50,793 bases of DNA, from positions 1 to 50,793 of the IMG/VR virus record IMGVR_UViG_3300049914_000028, one strand, 5' to 3'. The stretch is from a virus. Taxonomy: Duplodnaviria > Caudoviricetes. The notes beneath the pieces were generated by a model. It was not told where the DNA came from and did not search any database. It saw only the letters and a list, made by a program, of their open reading frames with translations. This document shows positions 36,180 through 45,623 of this stretch, in pieces. How positions within the stretch are numbered: the stretch's first letter is position 1; every line of letters begins with the position of its first letter. A program made the position numbers and the translations under genes.

Positions 36180-37178
36180 ATGAGTGTAACAAGAGAAATG
36201 AGGGCGCAGGTTGCCAACATTGTTGGCCCCGGCTATGGCGAGATTTATTGCCTTGTTGCAGATCGGGATGATGCCTATGGCAAACTGCTTCGGAAGAGGG
36301 GTGTTACGTTAGGTTCGATTTTCACCACTTTGGCAGAGGCGGAAGATAAGATGGTGACGGATCAGAACGATACCCTTCTTGTATTTCCGGGGAATCATGC
36401 GGTTACGGCTTCGATTCTGTGGGACAAGGATGCCACAAACATCATCGGTGTCGGTAGTCCCAATCAGGGGTATCAGCCATCGACCCTAACCAATGGTGGT
36501 GTTAGGATTAAGTGTGACACTGCCACGGTTGCGGAAATCCTTGACATAACTGGCAACTACGTTTCGATTTACGGTATCGGCACACAGAACACGGCAAACG
36601 ACTCGACGAATGTTTGCGATCTTCGGATCAGAGGCAAGAACACCTACCTGAAACTTTGCGCCCTTCGTGGTGGAACGGGTGCTGCACAGGTCGCGGCTGA
36701 GGGGTCAGGTCTGCCAATCTACGTTGACCAGGATCAAAATGCCGGTGCCGGTAATGCGTTGTGGGTTGATACGTGTCAGTTGGGAAGTTCCGGTAATACT
36801 GCCCGGACGGTTGGAACCAGTTGCTTGATGTCACATTCGGCTTCGGGTGCCTATGCGGGTGGTTTTGGTATGCACTTCACCGATTGCGTATTTTCAATGA
36901 TAAGTTCTACCGCCGGTGTTTTCTGTGTAAACTTCCCACATCCGTTCTCGATTGATCGGGATGCGTATTTCAAAAGATGTCTGTTTTACTGCTATGGCAC
37001 TGCCGCAGCCGTAGATTACGTGTTCAATACCGGATCGAACAACACGGATGTTGTTCTTGATAGTTGCGTCTATCACAATTTCGATTATTGGGCTGCTGCG
37101 GGATCGCATGTTTATGTTGCTTGTGGCCCGGCAAACATCGGTCCTGGTGGTAAATCGGTTGTGTGTGCCAACTCATAG
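36180..37178 (+). CDS. Beta-helix virion protein (head fibre/spike-like)
   Basis: 'FTTLAEA…DTLLVFPGNH…IIGVG' pectin-lyase-like start; repeated 'F..C.F' strands. Confidence 0.65.
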   Translation: MSVTREMRAQVANIVGPGYGEIYCLVADRDDAYGKLLRKRGVTLGSIFTTLAEAEDKMVTDQNDTLLVFPGNHAVTASILWDKDATNIIGVGSPNQGYQPSTLTNGGVRIKCDTATVAEILDITGNYVSIYGIGTQNTANDSTNVCDLRIRGKNTYLKLCALRGGTGAAQVAAEGSGLPIYVDQDQNAGAGNALWVDTCQLGSSGNTARTVGTSCLMSHSASGAYAGGFGMHFTDCVFSMISSTAGVFCVNFPHPFSIDRDAYFKRCLFYCYGTAAAVDYVFNTGSNNTDVVLDSCVYHNFDYWAAAGSHVYVACGPANIGPGGKSVVCANS

Positions 37179-37188
37179 GAGGTAAACC

Positions 37189-37404
37189 ATGCCAGTAGCG
37201 ACTTATGGAATTTTGGAATGCATTGATAATGCGGAATATGCCGCGTTAAGTGCGGATAACAAAATTCTTGTCAACACTCTATTGGGTTGCAGTTTGCTTG
37301 ATATGTCAACGGGATCGAAAGCCAAGACTCTGTTGCTTGCGATATTTCCCGAAGGAACGGCAACCAATACGGCCATTGGTCAACTCATTGGGGACAGTAA
37401 TTAA
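37189..37404 (+). CDS. Hypothetical protein
   Basis: RBS GGAGGT. Confidence 0.6.
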   Translation: MPVATYGILECIDNAEYAALSADNKILVNTLLGCSLLDMSTGSKAKTLLLAIFPEGTATNTAIGQLIGDSN

Positions 37405-37487
37405 CCATTAACCCCGACGGGCAGCGGGTAAACTGCCCACCATTAACCGGGGATACGTCTAACGCCCCCACAACAAAGGAGAGATTT

Positions 37488-37994
37488 ATGGCAGCAAATC
37501 AAGGGTATATCATCATCAAAGACGGAGAGAAAAACAGGAGAAGCACTTACCGGGAATTCTATGGTCCGTTAGACAAGGGATCGGCCAAGCCTTCCTTCTG
37601 CTATCCGAAACGCAAAGAGGCATTGAAGGAAGAAGTGGCGAAAATGGAACGGGTTCTGGATCAGGGCCATATCGCAAAAGAGCATGAAATGAAAGCGCGT
37701 GTCACCCTGAAAACCAAAAAGGACCGCCTGAAGGCCATTGAAACACAGGAAGGCGAGGCCGCGAAACTGTTCACCGACAACAAGGATTCATGGATGAAAC
37801 GGCGTGAGGCATTGAAGGAAGAAATCCGGGAATCCATGCCGACACAGGAAGCAGCCCGAAAACGAAAGGTGAATCCGCACAAGGTTTTGAAGGACGAGAA
37901 GGCCGGACTTGAGGACAAGAAGAGGGAATATATCGTTCTGAGTCGGTTGGCGGGTGAAGATTCTAATGTCAGTTTCCTCCAAAAGGAGAAGTAA
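37488..37994 (+). CDS. Charged coiled-coil protein
   Basis: RBS AAGGAG; K/E-rich. Confidence 0.6.
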   Translation: MAANQGYIIIKDGEKNRRSTYREFYGPLDKGSAKPSFCYPKRKEALKEEVAKMERVLDQGHIAKEHEMKARVTLKTKKDRLKAIETQEGEAAKLFTDNKDSWMKRREALKEEIRESMPTQEAARKRKVNPHKVLKDEKAGLEDKKREYIVLSRLAGEDSNVSFLQKEK

Positions 37995-38849
37995 ATGAGC
38001 CTTGTATCAACGGTTTTGACGGCTGTGGGGTATCGTCTCGGCGGCGGGATCACGATTTCCGCCACTTCGGACCCGTCGCTTGCGGCGTGTCTGCAATGGC
38101 TGAATGAAACCGCCTTGTGGATCACGGGGATTTGCGCGGAACAGAACTCGGATTTGGGCCGTACAATAGGGACCATAACCACGGTCCATGCGGACATTAC
38201 CGCCGCAGACAAATCCGCCGCGTGCGCCATAACCGCCGCGAGTCATGGTCTGATTTCATCGGGAACTTGTGAGGTTCTTGTCAAGGATGTTGTCGGCATG
38301 ACGGAACTTAATGACCACGAATATACCTTCACCTTTGTCAGTACAAGTGCCGGGACGCTTAACGTGGCCTCTACCGCGTACACGACCTACACTTCCGGCG
38401 GTCATGTGATGAAGCGGAAATTCAGCGACCTTGCCACGACCATCTACACGCCATGCCAACAGGGATGGATTGTCGATACCAATTCCCGGACGCCTATACA
38501 ACTCGTTTCGGAGAAATCCCTGCTGGATTACGATCCCGTGGAGGCGACCGAACCATCCGAATTTTACGTTGATGGGTCAAATAATGTTTGTTTCCCCTCA
38601 TACCCGGATGATGCCTACACGATCAAGATTCCTTATTACACGATTCCAACGGCGTTGACGGCTGTTGGCGACACCATGCCGTTCCTGGGCCTCATGGACA
38701 ACGTGTTCATCGAGGACGTGACGATTCGGTCGCAAAACAGGGATGAGTACGACACGGGTGTGGAAATGAAATGGAGATCATTTTTGCATGAAAGAGCAAC
38801 CAGAGTAATTGCCATGAGGAAAAAGATGTCTATCGGAGTGTCCCTATAA
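37995..38849 (+). CDS. Head-tail adaptor-like protein with E1-FCCH-like inserted domain
   Basis: 'LQWLNE', 'P.EFYV…FP.YPDDAYTIKIPYY'; insertion 'ITAADKS…ITAASHGL…VVGMTELND'. Confidence 0.7.
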   Translation: MSLVSTVLTAVGYRLGGGITISATSDPSLAACLQWLNETALWITGICAEQNSDLGRTIGTITTVHADITAADKSAACAITAASHGLISSGTCEVLVKDVVGMTELNDHEYTFTFVSTSAGTLNVASTAYTTYTSGGHVMKRKFSDLATTIYTPCQQGWIVDTNSRTPIQLVSEKSLLDYDPVEATEPSEFYVDGSNNVCFPSYPDDAYTIKIPYYTIPTALTAVGDTMPFLGLMDNVFIEDVTIRSQNRDEYDTGVEMKWRSFLHERATRVIAMRKKMSIGVSL

Positions 38850-39643
38850 TGAAAGTTTCGGGAATCTATAAGATAGAAAACGCCATTGATGGGAAAGTTT
38901 ATGTCGGTAGCGCCGTTAATCTTGCGAAAAGGAGACGCGATCATTTTGCGGCGTTGGCGATTAATAAACACATAAATTATCACCTACAACGAGCATGGAA
39001 TAAATACGGCGCGGAAAACTTCTTATTTGTTGAACTTGAACTGTGCACCCGCGATCAACTCATCACCCGCGAACAGTATTACCTTGATACGCTTAATGCG
39101 TGCGCGTTTGGGTACAATATTGCTCCCACAGCGGGAAGTAGTCTGGGACGGGTACACTCCGAAGATACGAAGAAGAAAATATCCGGTAAGGCAATAGGAA
39201 GAATTACCGGCCCATGTTCTGATGAAAGAAGGAAAAATATATCCTTGGGCCATATCGGGAAAAAACAAACAGAAGAGCATAACCGTAAGGCTATTGAGGG
39301 AAGATTACGCAATGGTGGCTATCACCATACCGCCGAATCAAGAAAAAAAATATCAGAAGCACAAAAGGGAAAAGTAAAACCAGCAGGAATGGGTGAGAAG
39401 GTGTCGATGGCCCTTACTGGAAGACCAAAATCACCAGAGCACAGACAACATTTATCTGAATCAAAAATAGGAAAACCCGGAACGCCGCACACAGCGGAAT
39501 GGAAACGCAAAATGTCCGAGTCGCACAAGGGAGTCGTTTTATCCTTTGAGTCTATCCAGAAAATGCGCGAGACGAAACGAAGGAACTTCTTGTTGAAAAA
39601 ACAAATACAGGATCAACAAACTGGAATTTCGGTGGGGTTGTAA
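38849..39643 (+). CDS. GIY-YIG homing endonuclease with NUMOD3-type repeats
   Basis: 'SGIYKIEN…YVGSA…LQRAWNKYG..NF…REQYYLD…GYN', repeated 'H(S/T)EE…KISE'. Confidence 0.92.
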   Translation: MKVSGIYKIENAIDGKVYVGSAVNLAKRRRDHFAALAINKHINYHLQRAWNKYGAENFLFVELELCTRDQLITREQYYLDTLNACAFGYNIAPTAGSSLGRVHSEDTKKKISGKAIGRITGPCSDERRKNISLGHIGKKQTEEHNRKAIEGRLRNGGYHHTAESRKKISEAQKGKVKPAGMGEKVSMALTGRPKSPEHRQHLSESKIGKPGTPHTAEWKRKMSESHKGVVLSFESIQKMRETKRRNFLLKKQIQDQQTGISVGL

Positions 39644-39644
39644 C

Positions 39645-41846
39645 GTGGCCCAATGGTCAACTAAACATGGAAAACGTGAGCAGAACTTCCCTATCCAGTC
39701 TTTTCCCGACGGATTGAATCAGGAGATTTCTCCGCCGTTTTTGCCGGTCACGGCCCTGTCCCGCTGCAAGAACATGAAGTATGCCTATAACGAATCTGTT
39801 GATGGCAGCAGGGTTGTTACGCTCAAAAAGCGCCAGGGTACGCAGGTAATCACGACAACCGCCCATAGTGCGGCGATTCTGGCCGCAACCTATTATGTTG
39901 CGGATGCCAAATACATTGTTGCAACCGCGACAACGATACATGAGTTGAATGACGGCACAACGACGTTTGCCCCGTCCGCGAGTTTGGGAACCCTGTCCGG
40001 CACCCCTACCTTCACGGAGTTTCACGGGAAACTGATTATCCATGATTCCGGGGTGACAAAGGCGTGGAATGGGACGGACTTTGAATCCCTGAACTGCCTC
40101 TATAAGAATGAAATTATAGGCACGGGTAACGGTGCGACGGTTGACTTTGCCGGGACCGGGACGCTGGATCATCTCGTTCATCCGGCGGTAAAACCTTCAT
40201 CTTTAATTATTACCTACACTTCCGGGGCAGTCGCCAAGACAATCACCTCCAATGCGGCGGGAACGCTATTGGGCGATGTTGCCACCTTTGAATTGATGCC
40301 GAATCAGGTTGACCGTGATTTCTCCGGGGCGAGTGCGTGGTCGAAGGAAACCATGAACTCCTATGACGAGTCAACTGATCTGACCATTACGGCCAATGCC
40401 GCCGGTCAGTATTGCACCTGTCCGGTTCTGAGTGCGCCGACGACAGCGGGGAAACGGTATCGCATGACCTTCTCGGTCGCCAACTTAGTCGCTACATGGA
40501 CGATCAAGTCATTTGACGGGACGCAGACAATAGGCACTGTTTCGACGACTGGGGCGCAATCGTTCGACTGGACGGCAACTACCTCGGGGGGATACCGGAT
40601 CGTGTCCGTAGCGACGAATTCAAGCGGGGATTTTGACAATTTCACGCTGACCACGAATTGCATTGACTACACGACCGGGGTTTACAGTTTCCGCGCCTCC
40701 GGTGCGCCCGACAATACGACCCCTGTTTATGCAGAATATGAGAAGGTGGCAGGAGCGCCGAAGTCAAAGGGGGGATTCGTAAGGGCGAGTCGCCTCTATG
40801 TGTGGGGCGATTCGGATAACCCTTCCCGCCTCTGGTACACCGGGCCAAACGACGAGGATGCTTGGGATGTTTCCAGCAGCGGCGGGTACATCGACATTGA
40901 CCCTCTGGACGGGTATTCCCTGACATCCTGTTTGAACTTCTTCCAGTCGATAATGACGATCAAGGGGAATTCGATCAACCGGATAGACAATTTCCCCGGC
41001 GACAATACTTTTGATGCCGTCCCGTTGGTCAAGGATACGGGCAGTACGGCTTGGCGATCCTGCACAAACGAGGGTAATGTTGTTTCCTATCTTTCGGCCA
41101 AAAAGGGTTGGATTGCCCTTAATCCGGCGGCGACTTTTGGCGACGTGTCTCAGGAAACGGATTTGTCGAAGTATTTCAGGACCGATGCAATCAGGTTCAC
41201 AACGGCGAATTGTTACACCGAATTCAATAAGATCGACAATCAGTTATGGCTTACGATGTACACGGCCACGGTACAGAATCCGACTATCTATGTTGTGAAT
41301 CTTGAAACGGGTGGACAACTGAGCCGGTATCAATTCGCCTTTGGACATACCTGTTACCAGTTTGTCAATAGTGAAATGCTTATCGGGGGAAGCAACGGCC
41401 ACCTTTACCGGCTTTTGGGGGACAATTCCAAGTTCACCGACAATGGTGTTTCGTATGCCGATGATACCTACGTTCGGGGTCCAATGACGAACTTTGGTGC
41501 CCCGTTGCACCGAAAGCACAACAAGAAGATTTATCTTCACCTGTACGGCAAGGCAGGAATGACTGCAACGTTCAACGTCTATACGGATGGTGATTACGAT
41601 AACCCTATCTTTACTAAGGCAATCACTCTTCATGGTGGTACGCAATACATCAACCCGGACGGAAAAGACATTTATATTTACGACATGACCATGCCTATTG
41701 GTTATGAAACCATTGCCGAACGGGATGACAAGATAGACAAGAAGTTCAATTATCGGGAATTGATGTTTGAATTGACGGATATTCACGGGCCGCAGGGCGC
41801 GGAGTTTTTTGGTGTGGAATTCGCGGGAGCAATCCTCGGCGACTAA
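39645..41846 (+). CDS. Tail nozzle / DNA stabilisation protein (P22 gp10/T7 gp12-like) with inserted domains
   Basis: 'F.DGLN', 'RLYVWG…SRLWYT…W' propeller motifs; position after the adaptor. Confidence 0.7.
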   Translation: MAQWSTKHGKREQNFPIQSFPDGLNQEISPPFLPVTALSRCKNMKYAYNESVDGSRVVTLKKRQGTQVITTTAHSAAILAATYYVADAKYIVATATTIHELNDGTTTFAPSASLGTLSGTPTFTEFHGKLIIHDSGVTKAWNGTDFESLNCLYKNEIIGTGNGATVDFAGTGTLDHLVHPAVKPSSLIITYTSGAVAKTITSNAAGTLLGDVATFELMPNQVDRDFSGASAWSKETMNSYDESTDLTITANAAGQYCTCPVLSAPTTAGKRYRMTFSVANLVATWTIKSFDGTQTIGTVSTTGAQSFDWTATTSGGYRIVSVATNSSGDFDNFTLTTNCIDYTTGVYSFRASGAPDNTTPVYAEYEKVAGAPKSKGGFVRASRLYVWGDSDNPSRLWYTGPNDEDAWDVSSSGGYIDIDPLDGYSLTSCLNFFQSIMTIKGNSINRIDNFPGDNTFDAVPLVKDTGSTAWRSCTNEGNVVSYLSAKKGWIALNPAATFGDVSQETDLSKYFRTDAIRFTTANCYTEFNKIDNQLWLTMYTATVQNPTIYVVNLETGGQLSRYQFAFGHTCYQFVNSEMLIGGSNGHLYRLLGDNSKFTDNGVSYADDTYVRGPMTNFGAPLHRKHNKKIYLHLYGKAGMTATFNVYTDGDYDNPIFTKAITLHGGTQYINPDGKDIYIYDMTMPIGYETIAERDDKIDKKFNYRELMFELTDIHGPQGAEFFGVEFAGAILGD

Positions 41847-41855
41847 GGGGGCAAT

Positions 41856-42329
41856 ATGACAGCAAGATTCGGAGTAATCAACACGGCGGACCAGGGCGAC
41901 ACATATTACGCCGGGATGGTCAAGGATGCCGCGAATTGGGCCATCATGGAGACGGACAAGAGGACTGTTTCAATTCAGATTTACGCCGGAACGACCTCGT
42001 GCGCGACGGGCAACGGACAGGCATATTTCCGTGTTCCCTCGGCCCTTAATGGCATGAATCTTGTCAGTGTTGCGGCGGCTGTTGTCACAGCAGGAACTAC
42101 CGGCACGATGGATATTCAGATTGCCAACGTGACGGATGCCGTTGACATGCTTTCAACGAAACTTACGATTGATTCAGCAGAAACGGATTCGAGTACGGCG
42201 ACGGCGGCTGTTATTGATACCACAAAAGACGACGTTGCGACGGGCGATATGTTGCGAATAGACATTGACGCTATTCATTCAGGCACGGCGGCAAAGGGTC
42301 TTGTCGTAGAACTTCAATTCTGGACGTAA
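41856..42329 (+). CDS. Putative tail-associated structural protein
   Basis: 'LSTKLTID..E.DS.TA…V.TGD.LRIDID…AKGL.V'. Confidence 0.6.
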   Translation: MTARFGVINTADQGDTYYAGMVKDAANWAIMETDKRTVSIQIYAGTTSCATGNGQAYFRVPSALNGMNLVSVAAAVVTAGTTGTMDIQIANVTDAVDMLSTKLTIDSAETDSSTATAAVIDTTKDDVATGDMLRIDIDAIHSGTAAKGLVVELQFWT

Positions 42330-42332
42330 GAT

Positions 42333-43130
42333 ATGTCAATAACGGTATATCCAGCGGCAAATGCCGACGACTCTTTTGGTGATCGCCAAAACGGTGCATT
42401 TTATCCGGCTGATTTCTATTGGGCGCGTTCACTGATCGAAAATTACAAGGACGGGGTATGTCGTTTTCCAAATGTGACCATTCCGCAAGGTGCTCTTCTG
42501 GACGTGGCTACAATTACACTGACCCCCAAGGGTTCGATAGACTATAATTGCTCCACGAATGTCTTTGCCGTGGACGAGAATAATGCGGACGCTCCAACCG
42601 ATTATACTACGTTTGCCGCGCTGACTTTAACGACGGCATATACCACCGGAACTCTTATTAAGGATGCCGTTACAACAATAAGCTGTATTGATGCAGCACA
42701 GGAGGTAATAAGTCGAGCAGGATGGGCGAGTGGAAACGCACTTACTTTAATCTTTAGAGTCAATCATTCGGGGGGGCTGCCGTGTTACCGGGGATATTCT
42801 TATAATGATGCAGATGCGGCGAAATACCCTAAACTGATTATTGGTCAGGCCACAATCACGATCAGTTCTTTCACCCCTTCCAGCGGTCCATTTGGTACTC
42901 GAATTACGATTACGGGAACAAATTACAGCACGACTACGACAGACAATACAGTCAAGGTTGGTGGTGTTGCGATGACGGTTATAAGCAGTACGACTACGGA
43001 AATAGTGGCAAGTGTGCCGCCAAATGCCGTTTCGGGTGCCATAACAGTTGACAGAACAGGATACGCACAGGGTGTATCCGCGACAAACTTTACGGTAACG
43101 TATATTCCTTATGTAATGACTATTAGGTGA
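42333..43130 (+). CDS. Structural protein with C-terminal IPT/TIG (Ig-like) domain
   Basis: 'RFPNVTIPQGA….ATITL'; 'ITISSFTPSSGPFGTRITITGTNY…VP..A.SG.ITV'. Confidence 0.75.
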   Translation: MSITVYPAANADDSFGDRQNGAFYPADFYWARSLIENYKDGVCRFPNVTIPQGALLDVATITLTPKGSIDYNCSTNVFAVDENNADAPTDYTTFAALTLTTAYTTGTLIKDAVTTISCIDAAQEVISRAGWASGNALTLIFRVNHSGGLPCYRGYSYNDADAAKYPKLIIGQATITISSFTPSSGPFGTRITITGTNYSTTTTDNTVKVGGVAMTVISSTTTEIVASVPPNAVSGAITVDRTGYAQGVSATNFTVTYIPYVMTIR

Positions 43131-43134
43131 AACC

Positions 43135-44961
43135 ATGAAACGCAAAACGACAGTGAAACATCCAGACGGAACGACAATCACGAAGGAAGAACACGACGAG
43201 GCCCCCGCGATGCACATGAGCAAGGCGAAAGCAGCGGCAACGGCTGCGGAAGGACAACGGGGCGATACTCAACTCGCCCACGTGAACCAATGGGAAGAAG
43301 AACTGCTGAAAAGGCTTGGCGGAGCCGGGACGCGGAACCCACATACGGGACTCAAGCAGTTCTATACCGGAACAGATGAATGGAATACATGGAACATCCA
43401 ACCTGAATCGTGGATGAAGTTTGACAGTACCCCCGCACCGGCAGGTTACGAATACCGTTACAACCCGCAGACAAATGAACGGAAATCGGTTAAGTCTTGC
43501 GACCCACAGATAGGGGGTGTTCACGTTTGGGGGGCAGGTGCTCCGACTGTTACCGGGACCGGCACTAATCCTGATCCTCGATTCCAAACCACAGCGGGAG
43601 GGGGTACTGGCGGGAATACCGGGACAACCCAAGTGCCAATCAGTCCAACCCCTGCCAGTCCATTATCGACCCCCGGTCAACTTACTTCGGCATCCCTCCT
43701 CGGTGGCGATCCAACCGCAAGGACATACTCCCCGCCGGGTACGTCAACTGACTTTGGGGCCAATAGCAATATTCTCAGTCCCGGGCAACTCAATTCTTTA
43801 TCCCTCCTCGCTGGCGGTGGTTCCCAATCGGGTACGGGCGTTGGTTCTGCTAATCGATTAGCGAATACCGGCCTTCCGGTTCAGGGGGGAAACGGCAATG
43901 GGGTATCGTACCAACCTATTGATCCGGCCACAGGGCTACCAAAGGTGAACTATCAAGTCACGGATCAAGGCGGTGCTCCTGTCCCCATGACTCAAGGTCC
44001 AGGTAACGGTAATCCGAATATTGACATGACCACGGGGCAACCGATTGCGGCGGCGGCAACGGGCGGAACTACAGGCACTACCGGAACGACTGCTCCGCCT
44101 CAAATAAACTCTGCTGCGAATCCCTATCCTAACTCGACTATTGCCCAGGACTTTGCAAGTTATTTCAGTACAGCTCAACCGGGTTCGGTAATCGCTTTCG
44201 GAAACGGGACACTTACGATGGGGGCAAACGGTCAGGCAACCTATACTAACCCTACCACGGGCGAAACGTATAGTTTCGCTGCCAACACCCCTTTGAGTAC
44301 CATATACGCAAGTTCGCCGGGAATCAAGGCCGCGTTTGATAATGTTTACGGTCCCAAGACGTCAGGCGGCCCGACATACGACGCATACGGGAATGTTGTT
44401 AATACTGGCGGAACAACGGGTACGACCGCGACATCAGGTACGACTCCGGCAACAGGAGCGGGAACCACTCCAACGGCGACTGCGGCGACTACGGGTGCGG
44501 ATGATTTCTTTAATCTTCCCCTTGACATCATGCCGACTTCATACTCCGGTTTGCCACAGACCTATCAGGATCAGTTGCTGGCATCGCTTATGCCTCAATT
44601 AAACTCTGCCGTTACCAACATGCCGGGGAACATTGACAAGTACACCAACGAAGCCCTTGGTAGTTACCAACAGATGATGCAGAATGCCCTGAGACAGAAC
44701 ATTCCCGAAGCGTTGAGGGGTCTCGCAAACAGAGGGATTCTCAATTCTACAGAAGGGCAGAATGTTCTCGGAAATGTCATGTCCACTGCGGCGACAGACG
44801 CTTCCACTAAGGGATATACGACGGCGATGCAGGCGGCACTGTTAAAAGCCAATATGCCGACCATTCTGGCTCAAATTGCCGACCTTGGTAAATCAAGTAC
44901 TTCACAAGATCCAACGCAAATGTACAAAACTATGGCCGATCTTATAAAAGCTATGATGTAG
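43135..44961 (+). CDS. Internal virion / DNA ejection protein
   Basis: 'GQRGDTQLAHVN..E..LLKRLGGAGTRNP.TGLKQF' motif; low-complexity G/T/P core. Confidence 0.7.
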   Translation: MKRKTTVKHPDGTTITKEEHDEAPAMHMSKAKAAATAAEGQRGDTQLAHVNQWEEELLKRLGGAGTRNPHTGLKQFYTGTDEWNTWNIQPESWMKFDSTPAPAGYEYRYNPQTNERKSVKSCDPQIGGVHVWGAGAPTVTGTGTNPDPRFQTTAGGGTGGNTGTTQVPISPTPASPLSTPGQLTSASLLGGDPTARTYSPPGTSTDFGANSNILSPGQLNSLSLLAGGGSQSGTGVGSANRLANTGLPVQGGNGNGVSYQPIDPATGLPKVNYQVTDQGGAPVPMTQGPGNGNPNIDMTTGQPIAAAATGGTTGTTGTTAPPQINSAANPYPNSTIAQDFASYFSTAQPGSVIAFGNGTLTMGANGQATYTNPTTGETYSFAANTPLSTIYASSPGIKAAFDNVYGPKTSGGPTYDAYGNVVNTGGTTGTTATSGTTPATGAGTTPTATAATTGADDFFNLPLDIMPTSYSGLPQTYQDQLLASLMPQLNSAVTNMPGNIDKYTNEALGSYQQMMQNALRQNIPEALRGLANRGILNSTEGQNVLGNVMSTAATDASTKGYTTAMQAALLKANMPTILAQIADLGKSSTSQDPTQMYKTMADLIKAMM

Positions 44962-44965
44962 GTAT

Positions 44966-45616
44966 ATGAAAACATACGAAAATACCGGAATCTACAAAAT
45001 TGAAAATTTGGTCAATGGAAAGATTTATATTGGCAGTTCTGTAGATATTAAAAACAGGTGGAGACAACACCTTGGATATTTTTCAAGGGGCAAACATGGG
45101 AATGTGTATCTGCAAAGGGCATGGGATAAATACGGTTCTGAAAATTTCAAGTTTGACATAATCGAGAAATGCGATACCGGGATACTTGCGGAAAGAGAAC
45201 AATACTATATAGATTTATTTGATGCCTGTAAGTTCGGGTATAATCTTTCGCCGACAGCAGGAAGTAATTTAGGGATGATTCACTCGGAAGAATTCAGGAA
45301 GAAGATTTCTTTGGCGCAAATGGGTAAAAAACGTGGACCTCATTCCGAAGAACACAAAAGGAAAATATCCCTATCGGAAACCGGAAAAAAGAAAAGACCG
45401 CATACCGAAGAAGAAAAAAAGAAGTTATCATTATTAATGAAAGGCAGACCATGTCCCGCAAACAGGAAACCATCTCCTTTCAAAGGAAAACCCGGAAGAA
45501 AACATACAGAAGAAGAAAAGTTAAAAATTAGTCAAAATCAAGTAACGCAAAGGAAATTACGGTTGATTACTAAAACCGAACCAATGATGGCTGACCTCAT
45601 CGCTAAGATGATGTAA
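44966..45616 (+). CDS. GIY-YIG homing endonuclease with NUMOD3-type repeats
   Basis: 'TGIYKIENL.NGKIYIGSS…LQRAWDKYG.ENF…REQYYID…GYN', 'HSEE..KKIS' repeats. Confidence 0.92.
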   Translation: MKTYENTGIYKIENLVNGKIYIGSSVDIKNRWRQHLGYFSRGKHGNVYLQRAWDKYGSENFKFDIIEKCDTGILAEREQYYIDLFDACKFGYNLSPTAGSNLGMIHSEEFRKKISLAQMGKKRGPHSEEHKRKISLSETGKKKRPHTEEEKKKLSLLMKGRPCPANRKPSPFKGKPGRKHTEEEKLKISQNQVTQRKLRLITKTEPMMADLIAKMM

Positions 45617-45623
45617 GGAGGAC

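Noticed and set aside
38849-45616. Group I introns housing the GIY-YIG genes
   Set aside because: Both HEGs abut the neighbouring stop and start codons within 0-7 nt, leaving no room for intron core structure. They are free-standing.
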